Assembly (NCBI RefSeq): GCF_018420025.1
Contig: NZ_JAEDAM010000036.1
Coordinates: forward strand, 1-10,597
Reading direction: 5' to 3'
Length of the DNA: 10,597 nucleotides
Source: Candidatus Vampirococcus lugosii
GTDB taxonomy: Bacteria; Patescibacteriota; Gracilibacteria; Absconditabacterales; Absconditicoccaceae
A program made the translations under genes and the position numbers. The notes beneath the pieces were generated by a model. The model searched no databases. It worked only from the letters and a program-made list of their open reading frames with translations, and was not told the DNA's origin. Numbering within the stretch: position 1 is the stretch's first letter; every line of letters starts with the position of its first letter. Shown here one piece after another: positions 1 to 9,243 of the stretch.

Positions 1-1116
1 TTTTAAAAGAGGCTTTACTTCTCTATCAATATTTGTTTCATCTAAATGGAAACACACTTGTATATTTGTATCTGTATCAGGCAAGTAAAAATCTATCTCA
101 TTTTCATCTTCTTTATAAAATACTTTATTATATTTTGTTTTTAGATTTAGATAAATAAGATTTTCAAAGTTTTGTCAAAGATTGTCTATATATCAAAATA
201 AAGTTCAAAATCAAAAATTATATAGATATTTATTTGAAGTTTTTTTATAAAAATTGTTTATATCTTCAACAAAAAATATGTTTTTTAGATATTCATAATA
301 ATTATAGATAGTATTTTTTCATATCTTAATTCATTGAGATTGTAGATTATTGTATATTTTAATAAGATTTAGTCTTTTGGTATTTGAAAGTATTATTCTT
401 TTTATCAGATACCTTATAGCTTTTTCATTTTCTATACTATATCTTTCAGTTAGGTCTTTATAAAACAATATATCAAAATATATTTTTAAAAGCTCTGTTT
501 TTACCATAGAATTTTTAGATATGACAAGCTCAGGAAAGGTTCAATATTTTAATATATCATTAAAAACTGATTTTATATATCACCTTGTAGAAGAAGAATA
601 TTTTTTTTCTTTTTTTATATCTTTAAAATGAAGTATTTCATTAAAATCAAGAGGATTTACAAAGTATTCATACACTCTTCACCTAAATTCAGTTACTAAC
701 TCACTTGATAATAATTTTGAATTTGAACCTGATATAAAGATTTGATATCATTGAGTGTATAATTGCAATACTAATTTTTGAAAATTTTCTATATCTTGAA
801 CCTCATCAAAAACAAGTAAGGGTTTTTTATTGTTTCCTAAAGAGTAGTAGCTTTTTATTATATCTTCAGGATCTACCTTATCTCATGCAAATATTGAAAA
901 ATCTATAAAAACTACTTGTTCTATTGAGTATAAATTTTTATCTATAAGTTCTTTTATAAATTGAAACATAAGATAAGTTTTTCACACCCTCCTAGGTCAT
1001 ATAAAAGAAACTATTTTGTTTAATTCTAAAATTTCTTCCTCAAAACTATAATTTCTTTTTTTTAGTTTAAGATTTTTTAGCTTTTCTTGATTGTCTTTTA
1101 TGATTTGAGAAAACAT
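1..1116 (-). CDS. AAA+ ATPase, DUF4143/COG1373 type (C-terminus runs off the left edge of the window)
   Basis: ATG at 1116-1114, with an in-frame TAG 16 codons upstream. The frame stays open to nt 1 when TGA is sense; I checked 1-600 codon by codon and found no in-frame TAA/TAG. Walker A F-I-G-P-R-R-V-G-K-T lies at 976-1005, with both glycines encoded by TGA (997-999 and 982-984). Walker B is LLVFDEVQ. It is followed by GSNSKLLSSELVTEFRGR, KYGTFPE, and a C-terminal ...ENLIYLNL...EIDFY... region typical of this family. Confidence 0.85.
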
Positions 1117-1296
1117 TTTGTTATTTATAAGTAAATAATTAAATAGAGTTCTATTCTTTATCTATAGATAATATAATTATTTTTAAAATAAAATCAACTT
1201 TTTTAATATTCTTTTATATAATAACTCCATTTGCTATTTTTTATAAAATATAATTTTTAGCAAGTATACTTGTTAAAAATAAAAATATAAAGTTTT

Positions 1297-2523
1297 TTAT
1301 CTATTAAATAAATTATAATATTTTTTTATATTTTCATTCCAATTAAATTTTGTTTCTATAATTTTTTTATTTTCTCTAGAATAGTTTTCTTTTTTATCTA
1401 AACTATTTATTCATGCTATAAGTCATTTTTTAAGCTCTTTTAAACTATCATTTTTTAATAATATACCATTTTTATTATCCTCTACCACTTCTTTAGCTCA
1501 CTCGTAAGGAGTAGAAACTATAAAACATCATAAATTCATAGCTTGTAATAGAGTAGTTGCAAGTCATCAACCAGGACTTGAGGTATGAAAATGTATATCA
1601 AATTGTTTTTGTAAATTTATTGCTTCTTGAAAAGATTTTCATCAAGTAAAGTACACTCCAGGGTGCTTTCTCTTGCTTTGCAATTCACCTTGTAACTTAT
1701 TTTCAGTATCTATTTTGTTTAATCTTTCAAAATCTTCTCATTCACCAACAACTACAATTTGTATTTTATCTTTAATATTTTCATCTAAATCATAATAAGC
1801 CTTTATTAAGGTGTCTATATTTTTCCACTTATAAAGTCTTCAAATAAATCAAACTATTATCTTACCAGGATAGCTTTCTTTTAGATTTTCAACTTTTTCA
1901 TTACTTTTCAAATCAAACTGCATTCATCTATATATAACTTCCACTTTTTTATTTATAAACTCTTTTTGTACAAAATCTTTACAAGCATTACTAACTCAAA
2001 CTAGCTTGTCTGCTTTCTTAAATATCCATTTTCAAATTATTTTATCATATATCTTAGCTATAAAACTTTTAAATTTACTATTTAACTTCACATAATCACT
2101 TCCATGCTCTATATGACACCATTTTAAATTATTTTTTCTAGCAAATAATCATCATATCAAACTTGTTAAGAAAAATCTTGTTCTTGTTATAACTATATCA
2201 GTTTTTTTTGTTTTTAAATATTGTTTGATAAGTTTATATTCCTTTGACCATATCTTATACATTGGGAAATTTGAAATTATCTCAAAACTTGGAACTATAA
2301 GATTTTCAACTCATTTTTCTATATATCATATAGATTTTCATTCAAAAGTTATTTGATTTTCTTTAGATATCTTATCTTTTTGATCAAAATCAGTGATAAT
2401 ATTTATAACATCTCAAAAATTATTTTCTCTATACTTTTCTCAAAACTGTTTAGCATGAGTTTCAAGTCCTCACTTATGTGGAGGAAAATAGGGTAGAAAT
2501 TGGATGATATTCAATCTTTTCAT
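1297..2523 (-). CDS. Glycosyltransferase, family 4 (GT-B fold)
   Basis: ATG 2523-2521, TAA 1299-1297, 408 aa. Every codon was checked and no in-frame TAA/TAG was found. N-terminus is MKRLNIIQFLPYFPPHKGGLETH, a GGxE-type motif whose first G is TGA at 2470-2472. Further motifs: VGFIGRLYKWKNIDTLIKA, VVVGEGED, and HTSSPGGGLATTLLQAMNLGCFIVSTPYEGAKEVVEDNKNGILL, which is the GT4 C-terminal nucleotide-sugar region. Many conserved Gly are TGA. Confidence 0.85.
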
Positions 2524-2761
2524 ATTTTATTATAATATTTTAAACACTTTTTATATATATATTTTTTCTTTAAAATCAATTTATATTTAAGAATAATCTA
2601 ATTCTAAATTATATTTTTTAGCTATCTTTAAGTAAATTTAATAATTTTAATATTGTATAAATTTCTCAAAATAGATAATCAAATTCGTCAAAAGTATCTT
2701 GAAAATTATTTTTAATGAGAAGTTTCAAACTTTTCCAAAAGATTATTTATTATAGTATAAA

Positions 2762-3949
2762 TTATTTTTTATCCGTCAAACTATTTCAACAATTTGAACA
2801 AAAAGGCATTCATTGTACAGTATATTTTTTGCAATGAGGACAAGCAATTTGTATTTCATAAGAACAAAGAGCACAATATGGTTTTTTTATATCAACATGA
2901 TTTCAACAATTTGGACATTTTTTGTCTGCTACAAATCTTTTTATAATATTTTCTTTACTATAAAGTCTTTTTTGTATTTTATATACTATAAATCAAAAAA
3001 TTCAAATTATAAAAACTGGCCATATAAATTGAAGTAAATAAATAATAGGTTTGAATGCAGTCAAAAAATCTACTATATATTCAAAAATTCTATGAGGAAT
3101 TATATCCCATAAAAATAAAAGAATAACTTGTAATAAGATAAATCCATAAGCAAAACTTGCAACTGAAAATATTATAGAATAAGGACTATTTTCTTTTTTT
3201 AATTTTGAATATAGTTTATAAACTATCAAAAATATTATAATTGAAAATATAAAGCTCAATATAGCTATATATATTCTATATACAAGATATGCTTTATCAT
3301 ATTCTTTTTCTACTCTTTCTATTTTTCCTCTTAATTTACTTATTACAACACTATTTTTATCTATCAAATTTGTTATTTGATTTTCTTTATCATTAATAAG
3401 ATTTTTATTTTTTTCCAAATCATGATAAAGTTCTTGCAGTTTATATTGTATACTTCATTTATCATATATTTTATTATCTTCGTTGGCTATATCTTCAGTT
3501 AAAGAAGTATCATAATTTTTATTTGTATTTGAAATATTATTTTCTATATTTTCTTTTTTTCTTTCAAGATCATTTAATTCTTGTTTCAATTCTGTTATAT
3601 TTTTATAATCATTTATTAATTTATCATATTCACTTGTAAAATCATATTTAGGTTTTGAAGAAATTAATTTGTAGTTTGAACATTCCAAGTTATTAGAGTA
3701 ATAATTCCAATAATTTTTGTTTTCAAATGTATTAATCATTCTTTCTATGCAAAAAGGTAGATCTTGAGGTTTATCTGGTATATCTTGTATTATATTTATA
3801 GTCCATTGTGAAGTTGATATAATAGCAAAAAACATAAGAAAAAGTAAAAAATATCATCATTTAGTAGTTTGCTTCTCAGTAAGTTCTTCTCATATATTAT
3901 GTTTGATATTTGTTTTAAAAATATTCTTAATATATTTTAACATCTTCAT
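2762..3949 (-). CDS. Membrane protein with central coiled coil and C-terminal double zinc ribbon (hypothetical)
   Basis: ATG 3949-3947 (TAA three codons upstream), TAA 2764-2762, 395 aa. It joins track ORFs 3455..3835 and 3002..3418 (same frame, separated only by TGA 3455-3457) to an unlisted 80-codon tail after TGA 3002-3004. N-terminal TM is YFLLFLMFFAIISTS. It is followed by a K/E/N-rich heptad-like region and at least three hydrophobic helices (IYIAILSFIFSIIIFLIVY, IIFSVASFAYGFILLQVILLFLW, IIYLLQFIWPVFIIGIFGFIVY). The tail reads CPNCGNHV..CALC...CPHC..........CSNCG, and the G of both CxxCG knuckles is TGA (2903-2905, 2786-2788). Confidence 0.7.
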
Positions 3950-4043
3950 AATATTTAATTATATAAAATATATATTTTTTATATAAAGATATTTATTTTT
4001 TTTTCAAACTAAAATTTATTATAAAAAATATTAATATAAAAAT

Positions 4044-4077
4044 AAAAACTCATATGTTAAGTGTTATATGAGTTTTT
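4044..4077 (-). terminator. Rho-independent terminator-like hairpin downstream of the sensor gene
   Basis: Perfect 12-bp inverted repeat aaaaactcatat (4044-4055) / atatgagttttt (4066-4077) with a 10-nt loop, 12 nt past the TAA of the 4089..5504 gene. On the minus strand the stem is followed by atttttat. The stem is AT-rich (2 G:C pairs), as expected in this genome. Confidence 0.5.
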
Positions 4078-4088
4078 AGATTAATATT

Positions 4089-5504
4089 TTATTTTAATTC
4101 GTCTGTCAATACTGATAAATGTTTAATAATTCATTCTTTTTTTGCATTTAAATCTGTATTAATATAGTCATATATTTCTTTTAATAAGTCAAGATCTGGA
4201 GATTTTGAATATTTATCAATTTTATCTTTTATTGCTTTTGCCATAGAATGAAATTCTTCATGCTCAGATAATAAATTTTGATAAGTTCAATTTTTAGACA
4301 AATTATTCATATAAGGTTCAATTTCTCAAGAATACAAAAACTTTCATAAATTACAACTCTTATGATCAGATACTTCAAAATCACTTTGTCATAGTATGAA
4401 ATTATTAAATTTAATAATAAACATTAAATGTTCAAATTTAGCTATTTCAATTTGTGATATTGCTAAATCAAGTCATTCCAATTTTTCATGATAAAAATTT
4501 CTTAAGTCAGAAATTAATTGATGCAATATAGTATTCATTCATCAAATTTTTGAACTAAGATTTGTCAAAAGTTTATCTACATTAGATAATATAGTATCTA
4601 ATTCATCTTGTATAGTATTATCATTAATTAAATCTCATATATTAGATTCTATCTTTTCAGCTTCTAATTTTGATTTTTCTATAGATTTATTTAAGTCTTT
4701 TATAGATCATTGAACCAAATTTCATGCAAGTTCAGAAATTTCTCTAGTTTCATTTGCTATAACAGAGAAACCTTTACCTTCATCTCATATTCTTGCAGCT
4801 TCAATAGAACCATTTATAGAAATTATTTTAATTTGTTTAGATATTTCTTGTACTTTTTCATTATTTCATACAACACTAGAAAAAAGAGCTAAATCTTCGT
4901 TTAATTTATTAAGAGAATTTTGTAATGCAGAATTTATAAAATCTTTTTGATTTATAACTCAATTTTTGGATAATTCTACCATTCAACTTGTCATTTTAAG
5001 AGATATTCATAATTCAGAATAATATTCAATTAATTCATATAAAGACATTAAAGATTCTCTAAGTTTATTAATATGATTTATTTCTTTTACTTCAGAAGTA
5101 ATATCAGTAAATATTCATATATAATATTTTTTACCTCAAATTTCAATAACATTTGAACTAGATCAAACTATTCTATCTCAAGCTGGAACTGTTGCATTTC
5201 TCATACTATCTCAGGGTTTAAGATTAGATAATTTAGTTGCCGATCTTTTTGGTGTTTTATGAAAATCGTGCATTGAAGTTTTTCAATCTATAATATTTAC
5301 TCAAGTAGCATCATAAATAATTTTCCTACCTATAGCATTACTTTTAACAATTATTCAAGTTTCAAGGTCTTCTACAACAAATATTCATTCACTTTTTAAA
5401 ACATCAAAAATAGAATAAGCAAGATCTCTTTGTAATTTTGTCTCTTCTAATTCTTCTTTCAAATTTGAAATATTTTTAGTATTTGATAAAGTATTTAATA
5501 CCAT
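4089..5504 (-). CDS. Soluble chemoreceptor-like sensor: PAS-like domain + MCP signalling hairpin + CZB (chemoreceptor zinc-binding) domain
   Basis: ATG 5504-5502, TAA 4091-4089, 471 aa; the hand translation count matches the nucleotide length exactly. Residues ~25-140 are PAS-like (…IFVVEDLETGIIVKSNAIGRKIIYDATG…KKYYIGIFTDITSEV). The MCP tip is IKIISINGSIEAARIGDEGKGFSVIANETREISELAGN, with the G in ARIGDE encoded by TGA 4785-4787. The C-terminal CZB pattern is AKFEH…SDHKSCNLGKFLYSGE…SEHEEFH, with the G in CNLGK encoded by TGA 4344-4346. No hydrophobic TM segment. Confidence 0.85.
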
Positions 5505-5773
5505 AATAAAATTTATGTTATATATATAAAATATAAAAGTAAATTCTTATAAATAATAAATTTTAAAAGTCAATATTTTTTTGACTAATCTTCTGCACCT
5601 AAATTAGAGAAAAGAGTGAATAATGAATGTCTACTAATTTCTGATAAAGAAATATCTTTTGTTTTCAAAAATCACTGTACTATTATCTTTTATTAGTTTA
5701 ACTGAATCTTTTTTGTAATTATATGTAAGTTTATATAACTTATGATAATATAATAAAAATATATTTAAATTTA

Positions 5774-6097
5774 TTAGTCAATCCAAAAGTTGTTTGAACA
5801 ATAATCACATTTGATATATGATTCTTTTTTACATTTTTTTTGAATTTTTGCTCAACAATTAGGACAAATAATATTATTTAATTTAGTATTATTTTGTTTT
5901 GATGACTTGGTAAAATATTTCAATATAATATAAGGCATTCAAAAAAAAGAACTAATAACTAATCAACCCAAAACGACTTCAAATTCTGATTCTTCTCATA
6001 GAATAAAAGCTATAAAAAATAATAAAGAAATAAATAAGCAAATATAGAAAAGTATTTGTAATATAATTATTATCGTATTTTTTATTTTGATTCACAT
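5774..6097 (-). CDS. Small membrane protein with C-terminal zinc ribbon (hypothetical)
   Basis: ATG 6097-6095, TAA 5776-5774, 107 aa. All codons were checked and no in-frame TAA/TAG was found. It is absent from the ORF track because it contains 6 in-frame TGA. Sequence: MGIKIKNTIIIILQILFYICLFISLLFFIAFILGEE…VVLGGLVISSFFGMPYIIL (two hydrophobic helices), then CPNCGAKIQKKCKKESYIKCDYCSNNF. The G of CPNCG is TGA 5852-5854. Confidence 0.6.
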
Positions 6098-6272
6098 ATT
6101 TAATTTTATTAATTAGAAGTATAAAAAAAATTATTATTTACTAATGAATTTATAATAAAATTTTTGAAAAATACAAGAAATAATAAAAAAACTTGCAAAA
6201 TAAAAATGGCGAACTATTTGCTAGCTTATTTTTTTTAGATTAAAAGTTTGAAACTACAAGTATTGAAATTCT

Positions 6273-7052
6273 TTACTTTATATTTTCTATTATTTTTTCT
6301 TGAAATAAAGGAGAAGACCAAATATTATTATGTCCTTTATTTTTAATTAATATATATTTTTTATCTTTACTAGGAACTTTTTCAAATAATTTTTTAGAAA
6401 ATTTGTTAGGTATTACTAAATCATTGTCTCAATGAAGAATTAATAATGAGCCTTCATAATTTTGTAGGTATTTAATGTTATCAAATTTTTCTTTCAAAAG
6501 AATATTGGCAGGATAGATAATATATTTTGATTGAACAAGATCAACTAATTTTCAAAAAGGTGTAGTTAATATTAATTTATTTACATTTCATATACTAGCA
6601 TGATAGCTAGCAGGACCAGAACCAATACTCTCGCCATAAATAATTATTTTTTTGTATCATTTTTCTTCAATGTAATTTTTAATATTTATAGCATCTTTAA
6701 GAATTAAATTCTTGGATGGTCTAACTGTATCATTTGAATATCATGCATATTCAACAAAAACTAATGAGGCATTTGATTTTTCAAATATAGATTTGAAATA
6801 ACTTCTATCACAAGCTGATCATGCATTTCAATGATAGTAAACAATGACTTTATCTTTATTATTATTCTTGAAATAAAATCTTGTTCCATTAAAATTTATT
6901 TTTTCATATTCATTAAATCCATCACATTTATCAAAATCTTGATTATTTGGATAATATAACATTGTTTTTTGATTAAAAAATAATAACATACCAATTATTA
7001 TATAAATAATTGTAATTAAAATAAAAATAGAAACTAATATTTTTGTATACAT
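6273..7052 (-). CDS. Membrane-anchored alpha/beta-fold serine hydrolase (COG1073/BEM46-like)
   Basis: ATG 7052-7050, TAA 6275-6273, 259 aa. It extends track ORF 6828..7052 through TGA 6828-6830. N-terminal anchor is ILVSIFILITIIYIIIGMLLFF. Motifs: oxyanion-hole YYHGNAGSA (first G is TGA 6828-6830), EYAGYS, nucleophile elbow GESIGSG (6615-6635), acid motif LHGDNDLVIP (G is TGA 6429-6431), and catalytic His in KGHNN. Confidence 0.85.
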
Positions 7053-7310
7053 AATAATACATTTAGTAATTTTTATAAAAAGTGTTAAAATTTATTTATA
7101 TAATATATTTTTTATAAAAATTTTCAACTTAATATCTTTTCTTATTAGTAGATATTATGGTGGAAATAAAAAAGTTAAATATATTTGTGGAATTAAAGAT
7201 GTTAATATAATAGAAATTTTAAAATAAAAATATTTTTAGTTTAAAATTGTTTATTACTAAGTTTCTGCATTAAAAATGCACTGAAATTAATTTTTGGTAT
7301 TTTTAAATTA

Positions 7311-7340
7311 AAAAATATAAAAAAATATAAAAAAATATTA
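7311..7340. repeat. Three phased 10-bp A-tract units (aaaaatataa aaaaatataa aaaaatatta)
   Basis: Direct reading of 7311-7340 shows a 10-bp period, which matches the helical repeat. It lies about 25 bp upstream of the candidate promoter for the CCA-enzyme gene. Confidence 0.6.
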
Positions 7341-7365
7341 AATTGCAAGACTAATAAATTTCCTC

Positions 7366-7394
7366 TTGAAATATGATATATAAATAGATATATT
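7366..7394 (+). promoter_or_regulatory. Candidate sigma70-like promoter for the CCA-adding enzyme gene
   Basis: TTGAAA (7366-7371), a 17-bp spacer, then TATATT (7389-7394), about 50 bp upstream of ATG 7444. This is weak evidence, because such hexamers arise by chance in DNA this AT-rich. Confidence 0.25.
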
Positions 7395-7443
7395 ATTTAT
7401 TGATAATAAGAAAATTATTTTTAAACTAATTAATTTTATAAAA

Positions 7444-9162
7444 ATGCTTAATTTAGATTGAATTAATATTTTGGATAAACATTTTAAATATTTGAAAACA
7501 AAGATAAATAAAGAAAATATTTTTATAGTTTGATGAAGTATTAGAGATATACTTTTGGATATTGAAAAAGATCCTAAAGATATAGATATTACAACGGATC
7601 AAGATCCGCAAACTATATTTTCTCAAATAAAACAAGAAGAAATTTCTATTTTTAAAACTGATAAATTTGGTACAATAACTATTGTTCCCAAATGACAAGA
7701 TTCAAATATTGAAAAAGTGAAATATGAATTAACTCCATTGAGAAGTGAATGACAATATGATGATTTTCGTCATCCTTGAAAAATAAATCGAACAAATAAT
7801 ATAGTTTTAGATAGTAAGAGAAGAGATTTTACAATAAATTGTCTTTACTATTTTAGTATTGATTTAGATTATATAAAACCTAATTATAACAAGATAAAAG
7901 ATGAATTAGATTTAATAAAAAAATTAAAAAAAAATTGAAAAGTTTTTCTTTTAGACAAAAATATTTTGATAATAAAAGATAAAGAATTGATCAATAAATT
8001 ATTTCCAAATGCTAATCTTGATATAGAAATTTTGAAAGATATTATAAAAAATAATTCTTATAATATAAGTAATGATTTTGTTGATAAAAAAAATATAAGT
8101 ATAATAATAGATCCTTGGTGAGGTATTGAAGATATATTAAATAAAAAAATTAAAGCTGTATGAGAAGCAGATTCTAGATTTCAAGAAGATGCTTTGAGAA
8201 TTATAAGATGAGTTAGAATTCCAAATATATTAAATCAAAAAATAAAAAAAGATAAAAATAAAATAAAAGAAACTATTTTTTTTGATTATGATTGAGAAAC
8301 TTGGGCTAGTATGAAAAAAAATTATTTCTTGGTACAATTTATAGCAAAAGAAAGAATTAAAGATGAAATAATGAAAGTTTTTATTGCTGATAATCCTTTT
8401 GGATTTGTTGTATTGCTTGATGAATTAAATATATTAAAATATATATTCCCATATTTGTATATGACAAAAAATAATAATCAACCTGTAAGATATCATGCAT
8501 TTGATACTTATGCTCATACTATTTTGTGTTTTTATAATATACAATTTATAAATAAAGATCCTTTAGTTAGATTTGCTATGTTATATCATGATGTAGGTAA
8601 ACCGGATCAATATTACTGTTCAAGTTTATTGGATAGAGAAGAAAGAAAAAAAATACATTCTATGCGAATAAACCATTCAACTTGTTGAGCAGATATGACA
8701 TTACAAGATTTTAAAAAATTATGATTTTCCAAAAAAGAATGTGAAACTATTAGTTTTTATGTAAAAGAACATTTATTGGCTTGAGAAATATTGTCTTGAA
8801 AAGAAAAAAATATTATTAAAAAAATAAAAAAATTATTATCATCAATATGATACAAAAAATTACAAAATTTGATAGATATATGTATAGCAGATAGAAGATG
8901 ACAATATAATCCTCTCCAGTTAGAAAATGTAGATGTATTACAAAATTTAAAAAAATTAATTGATGAAATATATGAAAAACAATGAGAATTTACACAAAAA
9001 GATTTAAAAATTGATGGTAATATCGTGATTGAAGAAATGCAAATAAATCCTTGACCTCAAGTATGAATCTTATTACAAAAAGCTTTGAATTGGGTAATAC
9101 AAGATATTGATAATAGAAATAATAAAGAAATAATAATTGAATATTTAAATAAAAATATGTAA
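7444..9162 (+). CDS. cca: Class II tRNA nucleotidyltransferase (CCA-adding enzyme) with C-terminal HD domain
   Basis: ATG 7444, TAA 9160-9162, 572 aa, in frame with track ORF 8311..8688. Motifs: IFIVGGSIRDILL (GG is TGA-TGA at 7531-7536), DIDITT, LRSEGQYDDFRHPG, RRDFTIN (7819-7839), [37 protein letters not shown] (from 8110; TGG for W is immediately followed by TGA for G at 8119-8121). HD-domain motifs are YHAFDTYAHT and LYHDVGKP. I cannot separate CCA-adding from CC-/A-adding or poly(A) polymerase activity from sequence alone. Confidence 0.88.
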
Positions 9163-9243
9163 TCTCGATAATGATATAATAAAAATATAAATAAATTGAG
9201 ATAAATAAAAATGAGATTTTGAATAATAAGAAAAAATATTTTT

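Noticed and set aside
1261-1272. Perfect 12-bp palindrome caagtatacttg downstream of the glycosyltransferase gene
   Set aside because: With no loop it can form only a 4-bp hairpin. A single occurrence could be chance in AT-rich DNA.
2717-2735. 19-nt near-palindrome gagaagtttcaaacttttc just downstream of the 2762..3949 gene, considered as a terminator
   Set aside because: On the transcribed (minus) strand the stem has an A-C mismatch, and no T-run follows it immediately. The evidence is too weak for a terminator or operator call.
2813-3037. Track ORF, + strand, 74 aa (MYSIFFAMRTSNLYF…)
   Set aside because: It lies antisense to the zinc-ribbon tail of the 2762..3949 gene. Its F/Y/I/S-rich composition is the mirror of a K/N/E-rich gene, and it has no motifs.
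4710-4892. Track ORF, + strand, 60 aa
   Set aside because: It lies antisense to the highly conserved MCP tip region of the sensor gene, so it is a shadow ORF.
5585-5689. Short minus-strand frame KIIVQGFLKTKDISLSEISRHSLFTLFSNLGAED* in the spacer between the sensor and the small ribbon gene
   Set aside because: It spans only 34 codons between stops and has no ATG (at best an internal TTG). I recognise no motif. It could be a gene remnant, but I cannot support it.
6180-6240. Possible terminator downstream of the hydrolase gene (gcaaa…tttgc followed by a T-run on the minus strand)
   Set aside because: The stem is only 5 bp and the loop is 17 nt, which is not convincing.
7157-7210. Mini-ORF MVEIKKLNIFVELKMLI on the + strand in the divergent intergenic region
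   Set aside because: It has 17 codons, no supporting signal, and is expected by chance.
7453-7698. Track ORF, - strand, 81 aa
   Set aside because: It lies antisense to the N-terminal catalytic motifs (GGSIRD, DIDITT) of the CCA-adding enzyme, so it is a shadow ORF.
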